A stretch of 57,119 nucleotides of DNA from an uncultured bacterium (GTDB lineage Bacteria > Electryoneota > AABM5-125-24 > Hatepunaeales > Hatepunaeaceae), in NCBI GenBank assembly GCA_964484805.1, contig CAZAGU010000001.1, positions 1-57,119 of the forward strand, read 5' to 3'. The translations under genes were made by a program, and so were the position numbers. The notes below the pieces were generated by a model, which worked only from the letters and a program-made list of their open reading frames with translations, was not told the origin of the DNA and did not search any database. The number at the start of each line of letters is the position of its first letter. Position 1 is the first letter of the stretch. Shown piece after piece: positions 28,090 to 37,783 of this stretch.

Positions 28090-29955
28090 ATGTCTTCTCG
28101 AATAATGCGTTTTCTGTTCTTGTTTTTCGTCGTCCTGACAGTTGGCATAATAGCCTGCGATAGTGGTGGCGATGACAATAGCAATCCTGTTATCCCTAAC
28201 TCTGACACACTTGGCACAGTGTCTGGATTTGTGTATGATGATGATACCGACTTGCCCATTTCTGGCGCTACGATTGTTTCAGATGATAGCGTTTCAGCAA
28301 CTTCAGGTGAAGACGGAAGTTACACAATGGACATCAGCCTGGGCGATCGAACGCTCATAGCTTCGGCTCAAGGTTATGAACCCCAGCAGAAAACTGTGAC
28401 CACCCTTGATGATTTTCCGAAGACAAAACGCTTCGATCTGAATCCAATTCCTGTGCAGGAAGAGATTTCCACAGTCACCGGAACCATCATCAGCGCTGAA
28501 GATAGTTCGGCAGTTCAAAGCGCTATAGTTACTTGTGATGGTGAGGATGTTTATACAAACTCCTCTGGTGTCTATACTGTTGTCGTTTCTGTGGGAACGC
28601 ATACGGTATCGGTCGTTATATCTGGTTTTGTCGCTCAGGAACAGGAAGTGGAATGTCTGATTGGTGAAACCCAGACCGTTGATTTTGTTCTGGAACCTGC
28701 TTACGCCGAACGCGGAACTGTGCATGGGAAAGTCTTCGATGGTCGCTCAAACGACCCGATTCCCGGCGCTCGCGTGGCTTATGGTGACGACGAAATTTAT
28801 TCCGATAATTCAGGCGACTATGAAATCCTTCTTAATCCAGGTTCTCATGTGATCGTTGTTTCGGCTGCGGGTTATGTTACATTAGGACAGGATGTTGAGG
28901 TAGCTGTGCGAGGCAACCACATTCTGGACTATGCCATGGATGCATCTGGAGTTGGCGAATTTGGTATGGTGACTGGTCAAGTCTTAGATGCCACCACAAA
29001 CTCCCCGATTGGCGGTGTCAGATTAAGTTGTGTCACTGAAGTCGCCGTTACCGATGGACATGGTGTTTACTCCTTCCGAGTTCCAGCAGGCAATCAGGTT
29101 ATCCTTGCCCAAGCCAACGGCTATAATTCTGTCAGCTTGCCAGTGGTTATTATCTCCAATCAGGTTCACAGCTTGAGCTTCACCATGACACCAATTGGTG
29201 GCGGTGATGAAACAGGTATTTTACAGGGTCGTGTTACTGATGCAAGCAACGGTGGCGGCATCAACGCCGCAACTGTTGCTTGTGCCGGAAGAACCACACG
29301 CACCGATGCCAGCGGCAATTATTCGCTTCAGGTTCCCATTGGCAATCAGTCAGCGACAGCGTCACAGATTGGCTATACTTCTCAAAGCCGGCAGGTGGCC
29401 ATTAATGCGGGACAGCACACAACGCAGAACTTCACCTTGTCGCCCGGTGGCGGTGGTGGAGATGAATTCGGCAATGTATCAGGACGGATTTCCGATTCAT
29501 CGAACAACCACGGCATTTATCTGGCGTTAGTCGAATGTGGTGGCAAGACAACACGAAGTGACTTCAGCGGGAATTATCTTCTTTCTGATGTGGCTGTCGG
29601 CAACCAGACAGTCGATGTTTCTGCCGAAGGCTATCATTCTGCAAGTTATCCAGTGGTGGTGATAGCAAACCAGACTTCGACTGTCAACATTGCCATGGCC
29701 CCGGATGCGGGAAGCGGCACTGGGCGTATTAGTGGGCGTGTTACCAATAGCGGTGGATCTCCAATTGCAGGAGCAACCGTTCGTTCCGATGATGGTCCAT
29801 CAACTAGCACTGACGGTAGTGGTCGTTATCAGTTTGATGTCGGCGCTGGCAACAGGTCTATCACAGCAAGCGCAGGCGGCTATAGTCCGTCCTCGCAAAA
29901 TTTAGCGGTGCAGACCAATCGTAGCTATACTGTTAATTTTGTGCTGACAAACTAG
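28090..29955 (+). CDS. Lipoprotein with seven tandem carboxypeptidase-regulatory-like (CarboxypepD_reg/Ig-like beta-sandwich) domains
   Basis: GGAG lies 8 nt upstream of the ATG at 28090. Signal plus lipobox: FLFFVVLTVGIIAC. Seven ~85-95-aa repeats fit the pattern G.v.G.V.D....pi.GA.V......t.tD..G.Y.l.v..G...v..s..GY......v. Confidence 0.8.
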   Translation: MSSRIMRFLFLFFVVLTVGIIACDSGGDDNSNPVIPNSDTLGTVSGFVYDDDTDLPISGATIVSDDSVSATSGEDGSYTMDISLGDRTLIASAQGYEPQQKTVTTLDDFPKTKRFDLNPIPVQEEISTVTGTIISAEDSSAVQSAIVTCDGEDVYTNSSGVYTVVVSVGTHTVSVVISGFVAQEQEVECLIGETQTVDFVLEPAYAERGTVHGKVFDGRSNDPIPGARVAYGDDEIYSDNSGDYEILLNPGSHVIVVSAAGYVTLGQDVEVAVRGNHILDYAMDASGVGEFGMVTGQVLDATTNSPIGGVRLSCVTEVAVTDGHGVYSFRVPAGNQVILAQANGYNSVSLPVVIISNQVHSLSFTMTPIGGGDETGILQGRVTDASNGGGINAATVACAGRTTRTDASGNYSLQVPIGNQSATASQIGYTSQSRQVAINAGQHTTQNFTLSPGGGGGDEFGNVSGRISDSSNNHGIYLALVECGGKTTRSDFSGNYLLSDVAVGNQTVDVSAEGYHSASYPVVVIANQTSTVNIAMAPDAGSGTGRISGRVTNSGGSPIAGATVRSDDGPSTSTDGSGRYQFDVGAGNRSITASAGGYSPSSQNLAVQTNRSYTVNFVLTN

Positions 29956-29988
29956 CTAGCCAAAATTCGATTTTTACCGTTTACCATG

Positions 29989-30018
29989 TCGAGGGTGGCG
30001 TTTTCGCGCCACCCTCGA
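29989..30018 (+). terminator. Perfect 12-bp GC-rich hairpin after the lipoprotein gene (terminator-like, no U-tract)
   Basis: TCGAGGGTGGCGttttcgCGCCACCCTCGA. Confidence 0.5.
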
Positions 30019-30042
30019 TGCTATCAAATACTTAAGTGAACT

Positions 30043-32931
30043 TTGACTGAAACTTCAACTACATCAGATTCTGTTTTCTGGGAATTGCTCGGAATAAAAG
30101 AATTCATCGCCCTTGATCTGGAAACCACAGGCTTAAACTCAAAGACCGACGAAATCATTGAGCTAGGCGCAGCTCGTTTCGTCAATGGTGTTATGACCGA
30201 GAAGTACAGTCAATTGGTTCAGCCGGAAATTCAGAACCTTCCCGAAGAGATTATCCAGCTCACGGGCATCACCGATGAAGACCTCGATGACGCTCCTCAG
30301 CTAGATGATGTAGCCGACGATTTCATCAAGTTTGTCGGTGATCTGCCGATTGTCGGGCAGAACATTGCTTTCGACCTCGGTTTTCTGTCCGCAGATCAGG
30401 CGACACTCGACGCTTTTCATCCATCCCGGACGGTTCCGCGCACCCATGACACAAATCTGATCGCCAGATTTCTACTTCCTGCTTTCAACTCCTATGGATT
30501 GTCAAATCTCTGCCAGCATTTTCAGATTGAGTGGACACCCAACCACCGCGCGACTGACGATGCTATTGCCACCGGGATGCTGTTTGCGTTATTGCTCAAA
30601 AAACTGGCATCACTACCGTTAAATCAGTTGAATGATGCCTTTGGTTTCGTCAAGGGCACCGCATCACCACTTGCGAACACACTTGAACGAGTGATGGCGG
30701 CTCGTGGCGCTGGATTCATTCCATCTGAAGTTCCACCGATGGCGTTGACCGGCACATTTGAAGGACGTAGTAATATCTTTGAGGTATTCGGCGACAACAA
30801 ACCGGCAAATCCCGCCACCAGTGGGCAGATCGCCCGTTTATTCAATGATAAGAGTCGTTTCGAGGCAGTAATGCCCGGCTATGAGATGCGCCAGGAGCAG
30901 GTTGGCATGTCAATGGAAGTTGCCGGAGCAATGGCGGAGAACCGGATTTTAGTCGTGGAAGCCGGCACTGGCGTTGGAAAATCCATGGGCTATTTGATTC
31001 CGGCGTTGCTCAGCGGCGAGCAGGCTGTCATCTCCACGCACACAAAGAATCTTCAGGATCAGCTTTTCTACGATGAAATTCCCCGATTGGGCAGGTTGTT
31101 TAAGTTTGGCTTCACTGCGGCATTGCTGAAGGGGCGGCGAAACTACCTTTGCACCCTCAAGTGGCGCAACTGGTCTGCCAACCCTGAGCGCGGTGGAATT
31201 TCTGCCAGTTTGCGCGAAAAAGCCGCGATGGCGACGCGCTGGGTGTCGGAAACTCAGACTGGCGACACCTCAGAGCTGAACGCGATCTATGATAAAGAAA
31301 ATGCCTTCTTCCCGTTGATCTCGTCCGAGCCGGGTTTTTGTCTGGGCAATCGTTGTCCGTTTGCCCGCGACTGCCATCTCCAGAAAATTCGGCAAGCCAG
31401 CCAGAAAGCGGATCTGATCATTGCCAACCACAGTCTGGTGTTCTCAGATATTGTCAACGACGCTGGTCTGCTCGGCGAGCGAGTGAGCAGGATGGTGCTC
31501 GACGAAGCGCACCATCTGGAGGATGTTGCCACCGATCAGTTCGGATTGGATTTTGCTCCACAGTTTGTGAAAGCCACACTTGATCGGGTCGCCACAGCCT
31601 GTGTGAGAAAAGGTGAACTGTGGACGCGGCTTGCGGCGCACGAAAGCCTCAACCGCCTGGTGAAACCGCTTGAGCTGAGTGCCGTGAACGCTGGCGAAAC
31701 GTCTGCAGAAGTGGATAAATTCTTTGAAGCGCTGTCGATTACAGTGCGAGACAAAGTGCCGCTGGATTCCAACTATTCGGTCTCGTTACGATTTCATGCT
31801 GGTGACGGTCTTCATCAGCAGATTGCTGAATCAGGCGAAAATACTGCCACATCTTTGGCGGGGCTTGCGAAATCGCTGAAGCGGATCCGCGACCGCATGG
31901 AAACCGAAATCGAAGACACTTTCCCGCTGGAACTGATGCAGGAGCTTCGGTCGGTCACGGATAGCATCGTTGAGATTGCCACATCAATCCAACTCTTGCG
32001 GGAAGCTGATGACACCAATCGCGTCTATTGGGCGGAAGTGCACCCTGACCTCACCCGTCCGATTCACCTGAAGAGCGCGCCGCTCGAACTAGGTGAGATG
32101 TTGCACGAGGGACTTTGGACGAAGGTTGACTCGGCGATTTTGACCTCGGCAACTCTGAGCACTGGTGAAGCCAAGGATGCGTTCGGCTTGCTAGTGCGGA
32201 GTCTGGGACTTGATCTGGTTGAGCCGGAGCGACTGCGCACGATTGTCTATGGCTCGCCCTTTAATTACATGAAGAACTGTGGCATGTTCTACCCGCGCCA
32301 CATTCCAGCGCCAACGGAAGATGCTCAAGGGCACTTGCAGATGGTCGCGGATATCTGCGGCGATCTTGCCCGCGAAACGAGGCGGGGCATACTGGTGCTG
32401 TTTACCTCCTACCACGCCATGCGCTCGGTGAAGCGAATGCTGGATGAAAATCTCTCGGACACCGATATCGAAGTGATGATACAGCGAGGCGCTCGCGACC
32501 GGCACCGGCTGATAAACACCTTCAAGAATGCTAAAAACGGCGCTGTTTTAATGGGCACGGATTCATTCTGGGAGGGCATTGATCTGCCGGGTTCGGCGCT
32601 GGAGATCGTCCTGATCCCGCGGTTGCCGTTTGGCGTTCCTAATGATCCGATTATTTCGGCACGAATTGACAGGATGCGGAGCGCTGGGCGTAACCCATTC
32701 AATGAGTATCAACTGCCAGCTGCGATATTGCGGATGCGGCAAGGGACAGGGCGGTTGATTCGCACGCAATCCGACCGGGGAGTGGTGATGGTTCTCGATT
32801 CTCGCGTAGTAAATAAGCGATATGGCAGGGATTTTCGGCAGGTATTGCCAGGCAGGGTGTACTCGCCATCGACGAATAATGAATTAGTCGGCTTGGTGAA
32901 AGATTTTTTCAAATCTGATAAAGGAAAATAG
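30043..32931 (+). CDS. dinG: DnaQ-like 3'-5' exonuclease fused to a DinG-family (XPD-like, Fe-S) helicase
   Basis: ExoI: FIALDLETTGL. ExoIII: HRATDDAIAT. Helicase Walker A: EAGTGVGKS. DEAH box: LDEAHHLED. Cys-rich segment: C..GNRCPFARDC. C-terminal motifs: TDSFWEGIDLPG and QGTGRLIR. Confidence 0.88.
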   Translation: MTETSTTSDSVFWELLGIKEFIALDLETTGLNSKTDEIIELGAARFVNGVMTEKYSQLVQPEIQNLPEEIIQLTGITDEDLDDAPQLDDVADDFIKFVGDLPIVGQNIAFDLGFLSADQATLDAFHPSRTVPRTHDTNLIARFLLPAFNSYGLSNLCQHFQIEWTPNHRATDDAIATGMLFALLLKKLASLPLNQLNDAFGFVKGTASPLANTLERVMAARGAGFIPSEVPPMALTGTFEGRSNIFEVFGDNKPANPATSGQIARLFNDKSRFEAVMPGYEMRQEQVGMSMEVAGAMAENRILVVEAGTGVGKSMGYLIPALLSGEQAVISTHTKNLQDQLFYDEIPRLGRLFKFGFTAALLKGRRNYLCTLKWRNWSANPERGGISASLREKAAMATRWVSETQTGDTSELNAIYDKENAFFPLISSEPGFCLGNRCPFARDCHLQKIRQASQKADLIIANHSLVFSDIVNDAGLLGERVSRMVLDEAHHLEDVATDQFGLDFAPQFVKATLDRVATACVRKGELWTRLAAHESLNRLVKPLELSAVNAGETSAEVDKFFEALSITVRDKVPLDSNYSVSLRFHAGDGLHQQIAESGENTATSLAGLAKSLKRIRDRMETEIEDTFPLELMQELRSVTDSIVEIATSIQLLREADDTNRVYWAEVHPDLTRPIHLKSAPLELGEMLHEGLWTKVDSAILTSATLSTGEAKDAFGLLVRSLGLDLVEPERLRTIVYGSPFNYMKNCGMFYPRHIPAPTEDAQGHLQMVADICGDLARETRRGILVLFTSYHAMRSVKRMLDENLSDTDIEVMIQRGARDRHRLINTFKNAKNGAVLMGTDSFWEGIDLPGSALEIVLIPRLPFGVPNDPIISARIDRMRSAGRNPFNEYQLPAAILRMRQGTGRLIRTQSDRGVVMVLDSRVVNKRYGRDFRQVLPGRVYSPSTNNELVGLVKDFFKSDKGK

Positions 32932-33214
32932 ACCGGCAAGCATTCTTATTTAAACGGTCATTGTCTTGCATCGAATAATTGCATAAATGCACTTACGTAA
33001 CTATTATCGAATCTGCTGAAAATACCTCAAACATTTCCAACCAAACTGTAAAGCCAATCCACAAACTTGATTTTCCACTGCCATGTTTTTAACTTTACCT
33101 ATTAGTGAAACATATAACATTGATTGTCGCTTAAGCGCTAATAGCATTTATGCAATCAATGTCCGATTGTGTGGCAGTCATTGAAACACCTCACTTCAAA
33201 CAGAAACGTAAACG

Positions 33215-34270
33215 TTGATTAAACATATACCTCTGCATGTTCGCTCGAAAGAAGACCATCAGACACTAAATTCGCGGTTCGGTTTTCCGGTGGCATTTAT
33301 CGCTGTGATTATGGCGTTGTTTGTTGTGGTCATCGCTCGTCAGGAGAGCGACCATGCTCGCCTCAGCCGCGCGCGCCAGATGATGGACACATATTTCACC
33401 ATCATCGCTTACGGTGATTCGGCGGAGATCGAGCCTGTGATTGATCGGGCATTCAGCAGAATCGCCGCGATCGAAGGTTTTGCGTCAATTTACGATTCTG
33501 GCGCTGAAGCATTTATCTTGAATCAAACTGGCAAAATTGCTGAGGCTGACCCTGAGTTGATCGGGATAATTGAGCGAGCTAATAATGTCAGCCATCTCAC
33601 CGATTCCGCCTTCGACATCACTGTAAACCCCATTTTAAAACTCTGGAAACTTGGGCTTTGGCAAAAACCCGATGTGCAACAAGCCCAAGAGATTAAAGCT
33701 CTGTTGCCGTTGGTTGGCAGTGACATGATTACCATTGATGGGAAATCTATCAATTTTCAGCGAGAAGGTATGTCGATTTGCTTGGGCGGGATTGCCAAAG
33801 GATACGCTGTGGATGCCGCGCTTTCTGTTTTGAAGGCTGGCGGTGTAACTTCAGCGTTGGTGAACGGAGGCGGTGATATAGCAGTCATCGGGTTGAAGCC
33901 GGAATATGAGCCATGGCTGATTGAAATGGAAAATCCAGATGATCGGTTGGAGAAGCTTGCATCCTTTAAGGTTGTTGGGGTTGCGGTAGCTACATCGGGC
34001 AACTATGAACGGTATTTTGACCCACAGAAGAAGGCGCATCATATCATTGACCCGCGATCTGGTTTTCCTGCCCAAGGTTGCATCAGCGTTTCTATTATCG
34101 CGGAGAACTGCGAAATGGCGGATGCGCTGGCGACGGCAGTGTTTGTGTTGGGTGTTGATGATGGGCTGGCGTTGATCGAGCGGCTGGACGGAGTCGAGGG
34201 AATGATTGTGGATGAAGCGAGGGAGATACATCACTCAGGCGGAATGTCTCAGTATGAAGCAGGCGAGTAG
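33215..34270 (+). CDS. apbE: FAD:protein FMN transferase ApbE
   Basis: N-terminal TM segment. FDITVNPILKLW, GGIAKGYAVD, VNGGGDI, TSGNYERYF and HIIDPRSG motifs. The TTG start is uncertain. Confidence 0.86.
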   Translation: MIKHIPLHVRSKEDHQTLNSRFGFPVAFIAVIMALFVVVIARQESDHARLSRARQMMDTYFTIIAYGDSAEIEPVIDRAFSRIAAIEGFASIYDSGAEAFILNQTGKIAEADPELIGIIERANNVSHLTDSAFDITVNPILKLWKLGLWQKPDVQQAQEIKALLPLVGSDMITIDGKSINFQREGMSICLGGIAKGYAVDAALSVLKAGGVTSALVNGGGDIAVIGLKPEYEPWLIEMENPDDRLEKLASFKVVGVAVATSGNYERYFDPQKKAHHIIDPRSGFPAQGCISVSIIAENCEMADALATAVFVLGVDDGLALIERLDGVEGMIVDEAREIHHSGGMSQYEAGE

Positions 34271-34290
34271 GGGCGAGGGTGTACTTGGAA

Positions 34291-34796
34291 TTCACAACAG
34301 ATTTAACGGATTAAACAGATTGTTTTGCGGTGTTTATTTCTTTAATCAGTGAAATCTGTGGATACGATTTGCTTAAGGAAGAATAACCCTGTTTGGACGT
34401 TTTAAAGCACTGGGTTCCTGCCTTCGCAGGAACGACATAATAAATAATAACCCTGAAAACGTTTCTCAGGATCCCCGCTTTCGCGAGGATGACAGCGGAC
34501 AAAGTCCGCTGTGGATTAGTTCAATGCTCTTCACAACACACACTTTGTGCACTTGGTGTGCTTCGTGGTTAATGCTTTAAACTCTCTATCTGGGTTCCCG
34601 GTCAAGCCGGGAACGAGGATAAAAAAATTTGGAACGACAGTGCAGGGTGTGTTTGACGCGCTCGCCAATTGGAAGGGTTATTCTCGAAGTCTGAAATAAT
34701 GACTTCGTTCCCACGCAGGAGCATGGGAACGAGGAAAATCTGGGTTCCCGGTCAAGCCGGGAACGAGGATAAAAAAATATTGAACGACAGTGTGAG
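34291..34796. repeat. Cluster B of REP-like hairpin repeats, including a ~59-nt near-identical direct repeat
   Basis: Units present:
- TTCACAACAGATTTAACGGATTAAACAGATT at 34291-34321.
- The CCTGTTTGGACGTTTTAAAGCACTGGGTTCCTGCCTTCGCAGGAACGACA unit at about 34388-34437.
- GGATCCCCGCTTTCGCGAGGATGACAGCGGACAAAGTCCGCTGT at about 34470-34513.
- ATCTGGGTTCCCGGTCAAGCCGGGAACGAGGATAAAAAAAT..GAACGACAGTG at 34588 and again at 34738.
- GTTCCCACGCAGGAGCATGGGAAC at about 34707. Confidence 0.75.
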
Positions 34797-34862
34797 GTGC
34801 GACATCGCCTCGCAACACAACTAAGAAAAATTTTTGGTAAACCAATTTGAGATATACATAAC

Positions 34863-36239
34863 ATGTTTACTGCAATTAAAAAGAAGAGCGCTTTTACCGG
34901 GCAGAAGCTCGAAGAGAATAAGCTTACCGAGCATATTCCCATCGAACGGATGCCATTGCCCGAGAAAGTCGTTCTTCCGATGCAACAACATATCGGTGCT
35001 CCCTGTACACTCACGGTGAAAAAGAAGTCTGAAGTCCGCGTGGGACAGACAATTGCCGAGAGCAAAGGATTTTGCTCAGCGCCGATACACGCGACCATTT
35101 CTGGCACAATTGGCAAGGTTGTGCAAATGATTGGCCCCGGCAACAGCAACATCATCGAAGCTGTTGAAATCAATGGCGATGGTGAAGATAATTGGGTTGA
35201 TCTGGAGCGTTTAGCCGATGTGGATCATGGCGAGAACATTGCCGCAACACTCAGGGCTATCGACGGTCTTGACCGTCAGTCTGTAATTGACCGCGCTAAG
35301 GAAATGGGGCTGGTCGGGCTCGGTGGGGCGGCATTCCCCACGTTCATCAAGCTGATGAAGCCGAAAGATAAAACGATAGACACGATTATCCTTAATGGTT
35401 GCGAGTGCGAGCCGTGGATTACTTCAGATCACAGGACGATGCTGGAACGCGCTCAAGAAGTCTTGCTGGGCTTCTATATCATTCGCCACATGCACGAGCC
35501 GCAGAATGCTTTCATTGCCATCGAGGACAACAAACCCGATGTGATCAAGCTTTACTGCAAACTGATCCCTGACATGGGCTTGGAAGGCATTTTCGAGGTC
35601 GTGTCGCTACGGTCGCAGTATCCGATGGGTGCGGAGAAGACGCTGATAAAAACTATCGTCGGTCGGGAAGTTCCTATGTTGGGTTTACCGCTCGATGTCG
35701 GTTGCGTAGTGCAGAATGTCACCACCGCGGTTATGCTATGGGAAGCCGTCGCCAATGGTCGTCCGCTGGTGGATCGTCTAGTGACAGTTACCGGCGCTGT
35801 GAAAACCCCGAAGAATGTGCTCGCTCGGATTGGCACGCCTATACAGGAGTTGATCGACTTCTGTGGTGGTTTGCAGGATGGCGTTACCGAGATCATCGCT
35901 GGAGGCCCCATGATGGGCGTGTCGGTGGTTGATCCTTCATTTCCTGTGACGAAAGGAACGAACAACATTCTTGCCAAGAAAAGTAAAAACTTGCAGACCT
36001 ACGAGTGTATCAATTGTGGCGCGTGTTTGCAAGCTTGCCCGATGCGCCTGATGCCGCTGATGTTCGTTCGCGCTATCAAGCATAATCGCTATGAAGTGTG
36101 CCTCGATTATCACATTGACGATTGCATGGAATGCGGATCCTGCGCGTATGGATGCCCGGCGAACATTCCGATTTGCGAGTATGTGAAGTCCGGCAAGGGC
36201 ATGTTACGGCGGATAAAAGCCGCTCAGAAATCGGCTTAA
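34863..36239 (+). CDS. rnfC: Rnf electron-transport complex subunit C
   Basis: GLVGLGGAAFPT (NADH/FMN-binding region), NGCECEPW, and two ferredoxin motifs: CINCGACLQACP and CMECGSCAYGCP. Confidence 0.92.
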   Translation: MFTAIKKKSAFTGQKLEENKLTEHIPIERMPLPEKVVLPMQQHIGAPCTLTVKKKSEVRVGQTIAESKGFCSAPIHATISGTIGKVVQMIGPGNSNIIEAVEINGDGEDNWVDLERLADVDHGENIAATLRAIDGLDRQSVIDRAKEMGLVGLGGAAFPTFIKLMKPKDKTIDTIILNGCECEPWITSDHRTMLERAQEVLLGFYIIRHMHEPQNAFIAIEDNKPDVIKLYCKLIPDMGLEGIFEVVSLRSQYPMGAEKTLIKTIVGREVPMLGLPLDVGCVVQNVTTAVMLWEAVANGRPLVDRLVTVTGAVKTPKNVLARIGTPIQELIDFCGGLQDGVTEIIAGGPMMGVSVVDPSFPVTKGTNNILAKKSKNLQTYECINCGACLQACPMRLMPLMFVRAIKHNRYEVCLDYHIDDCMECGSCAYGCPANIPICEYVKSGKGMLRRIKAAQKSA

Positions 36240-36250
36240 GGTTAAAATAT

Positions 36251-37225
36251 ATGACTACTAAAAATACATCTGAAAACAACGTGGGGCTGAAACTATTCAT
36301 CTCCCATGCGCCTCACGCCTGGAAAGGGATTTCCGTCAGCCGCATCATGTGGCTGGTGATGGCATCCTTGGCGTTGCCTACTCTGATGGGCATCTATTTG
36401 TTTGGATATTACGCGCTTGGCGTGATCCTCGTTTGCATGGTGTTCGCGGTCGGAACCGAATGGGCATGCAAAAAACTGCGCAAGAAACCGTTCGTCATGG
36501 ATGGCAGCGCGGCGCTGACGGGGCTTTTGTTGGCGTTGATCTTGCCGCCGACGATGCCACTATGGCAGGCAGCGGTTGGGTCAATTTTCGCGATTGCAAT
36601 TGGCAAGGAAGTATTCGGAGGACTGGGCTTCAATATTTTCAACCCAGCATTGGCTGGCAGAGCTTTTCTCTCGGTCTGCTTCGCTGGTCGAATGACCACT
36701 TGGGCGTTGCCGATGGGGTTCAAATTTGACGCTGTCACTGGCGCGACCCCATTGAACGAAAGCTTTGTGATGCCGGCAGCGAAAGCCAGTTTGCACTGGG
36801 ATCTGTTCATCGGCAATGTCGGTGGCAGTATCGGCGAAACATCGCTTCTGCTCTGCCTGATCGGCGGCATTTTCCTGCTGGTGACCAAAATAATCAAATG
36901 GCATATTCCGGTTGCATTTATGGGCTCGGTGGCAGTGTTTGCGCTGATATTTGGCGAGGACATCGGGTTCCATTTGCTCGCTGGCGGAGTGGTGTTCGGC
37001 GCGTTTTTCATGGCGACCGACTACGCGACATCGCCGTTGACAGTCAAAGGCAGGCTGATATTCGGTGTGGGATGTGGCTTGATTACGATGTTGATTCGGC
37101 AGTTCGGCGGAATGCCTGAAGGAGTTTGTTTCTCAATTCTGATTATGAATTCCTTAGTGCCGCTGATTGACCGCTACATACAGCCGAAGCCGTTTGGTTT
37201 CCGCAAAGACTTACAGAAAGCGTGA
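36251..37225 (+). CDS. rnfD: Rnf complex subunit D
   Basis: Polytopic NqrB/RnfD family protein. FDAVTGATPL is the covalent-FMN Thr motif. The ATG at 36251 lies just after the rnfC stop. The listed 36122 start overlaps rnfC and is rejected. Confidence 0.92.
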   Translation: MTTKNTSENNVGLKLFISHAPHAWKGISVSRIMWLVMASLALPTLMGIYLFGYYALGVILVCMVFAVGTEWACKKLRKKPFVMDGSAALTGLLLALILPPTMPLWQAAVGSIFAIAIGKEVFGGLGFNIFNPALAGRAFLSVCFAGRMTTWALPMGFKFDAVTGATPLNESFVMPAAKASLHWDLFIGNVGGSIGETSLLLCLIGGIFLLVTKIIKWHIPVAFMGSVAVFALIFGEDIGFHLLAGGVVFGAFFMATDYATSPLTVKGRLIFGVGCGLITMLIRQFGGMPEGVCFSILIMNSLVPLIDRYIQPKPFGFRKDLQKA

Positions 37226-37236
37226 GGCACACCAAC

Positions 37237-37782
37237 ATGGCTAAAAAAATTACAGACAATAACGCTTACGCGATCATCTTTCTGACGCTTGTAACGCTCG
37301 CTTCGGTGAGCCTTCTTTCGGCAATCGACAGCAAAGCCCGTCCGCAGATTATCGCTCAGCAACAAGCGAAAATCAGGCAACTGCTGGGTGATATATTCCC
37401 CGAAATGCAGGAATTCACGCAGGAAGATGGCATATACACCATTACTGGTGGAAATGACTTGATCGGCTACGCTTTCCTCGGCAAAGGCAAAGGATATGGC
37501 GGCGACATCAAGATTCTGGTGGGCATTGGTAATCTTTTCAAAATCAAAGACGTGGTCGTCATTTCCCACACGGAAACCCCGGGGCTTGGTGATAAAATCA
37601 TCAAGCAGGAATCCTTTGCCGCGCAGTTTGTGGGTATGAATGCCAGCGATGTCAAGCTGAAGAAAGACGGCGGCAAGGTTGATGCCATCACGGGCGCGAC
37701 GATCAGCTCGAAAGCTGTGACCGATGGTGTACGCGCGATGATGGAAGATAAGATAGCAATCATCAACGGCAGGAGGGGCTAA
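37237..37782 (+). CDS. rnfG: Rnf complex subunit G (FMN-binding)
   Basis: N-terminal TM segment. HTETPGLGDKI and VDAITGATISSKAV (flavinylation site). Confidence 0.9.
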   Translation: MAKKITDNNAYAIIFLTLVTLASVSLLSAIDSKARPQIIAQQQAKIRQLLGDIFPEMQEFTQEDGIYTITGGNDLIGYAFLGKGKGYGGDIKILVGIGNLFKIKDVVVISHTETPGLGDKIIKQESFAAQFVGMNASDVKLKKDGGKVDAITGATISSKAVTDGVRAMMEDKIAIINGRRG

Positions 37783-37783
37783 G

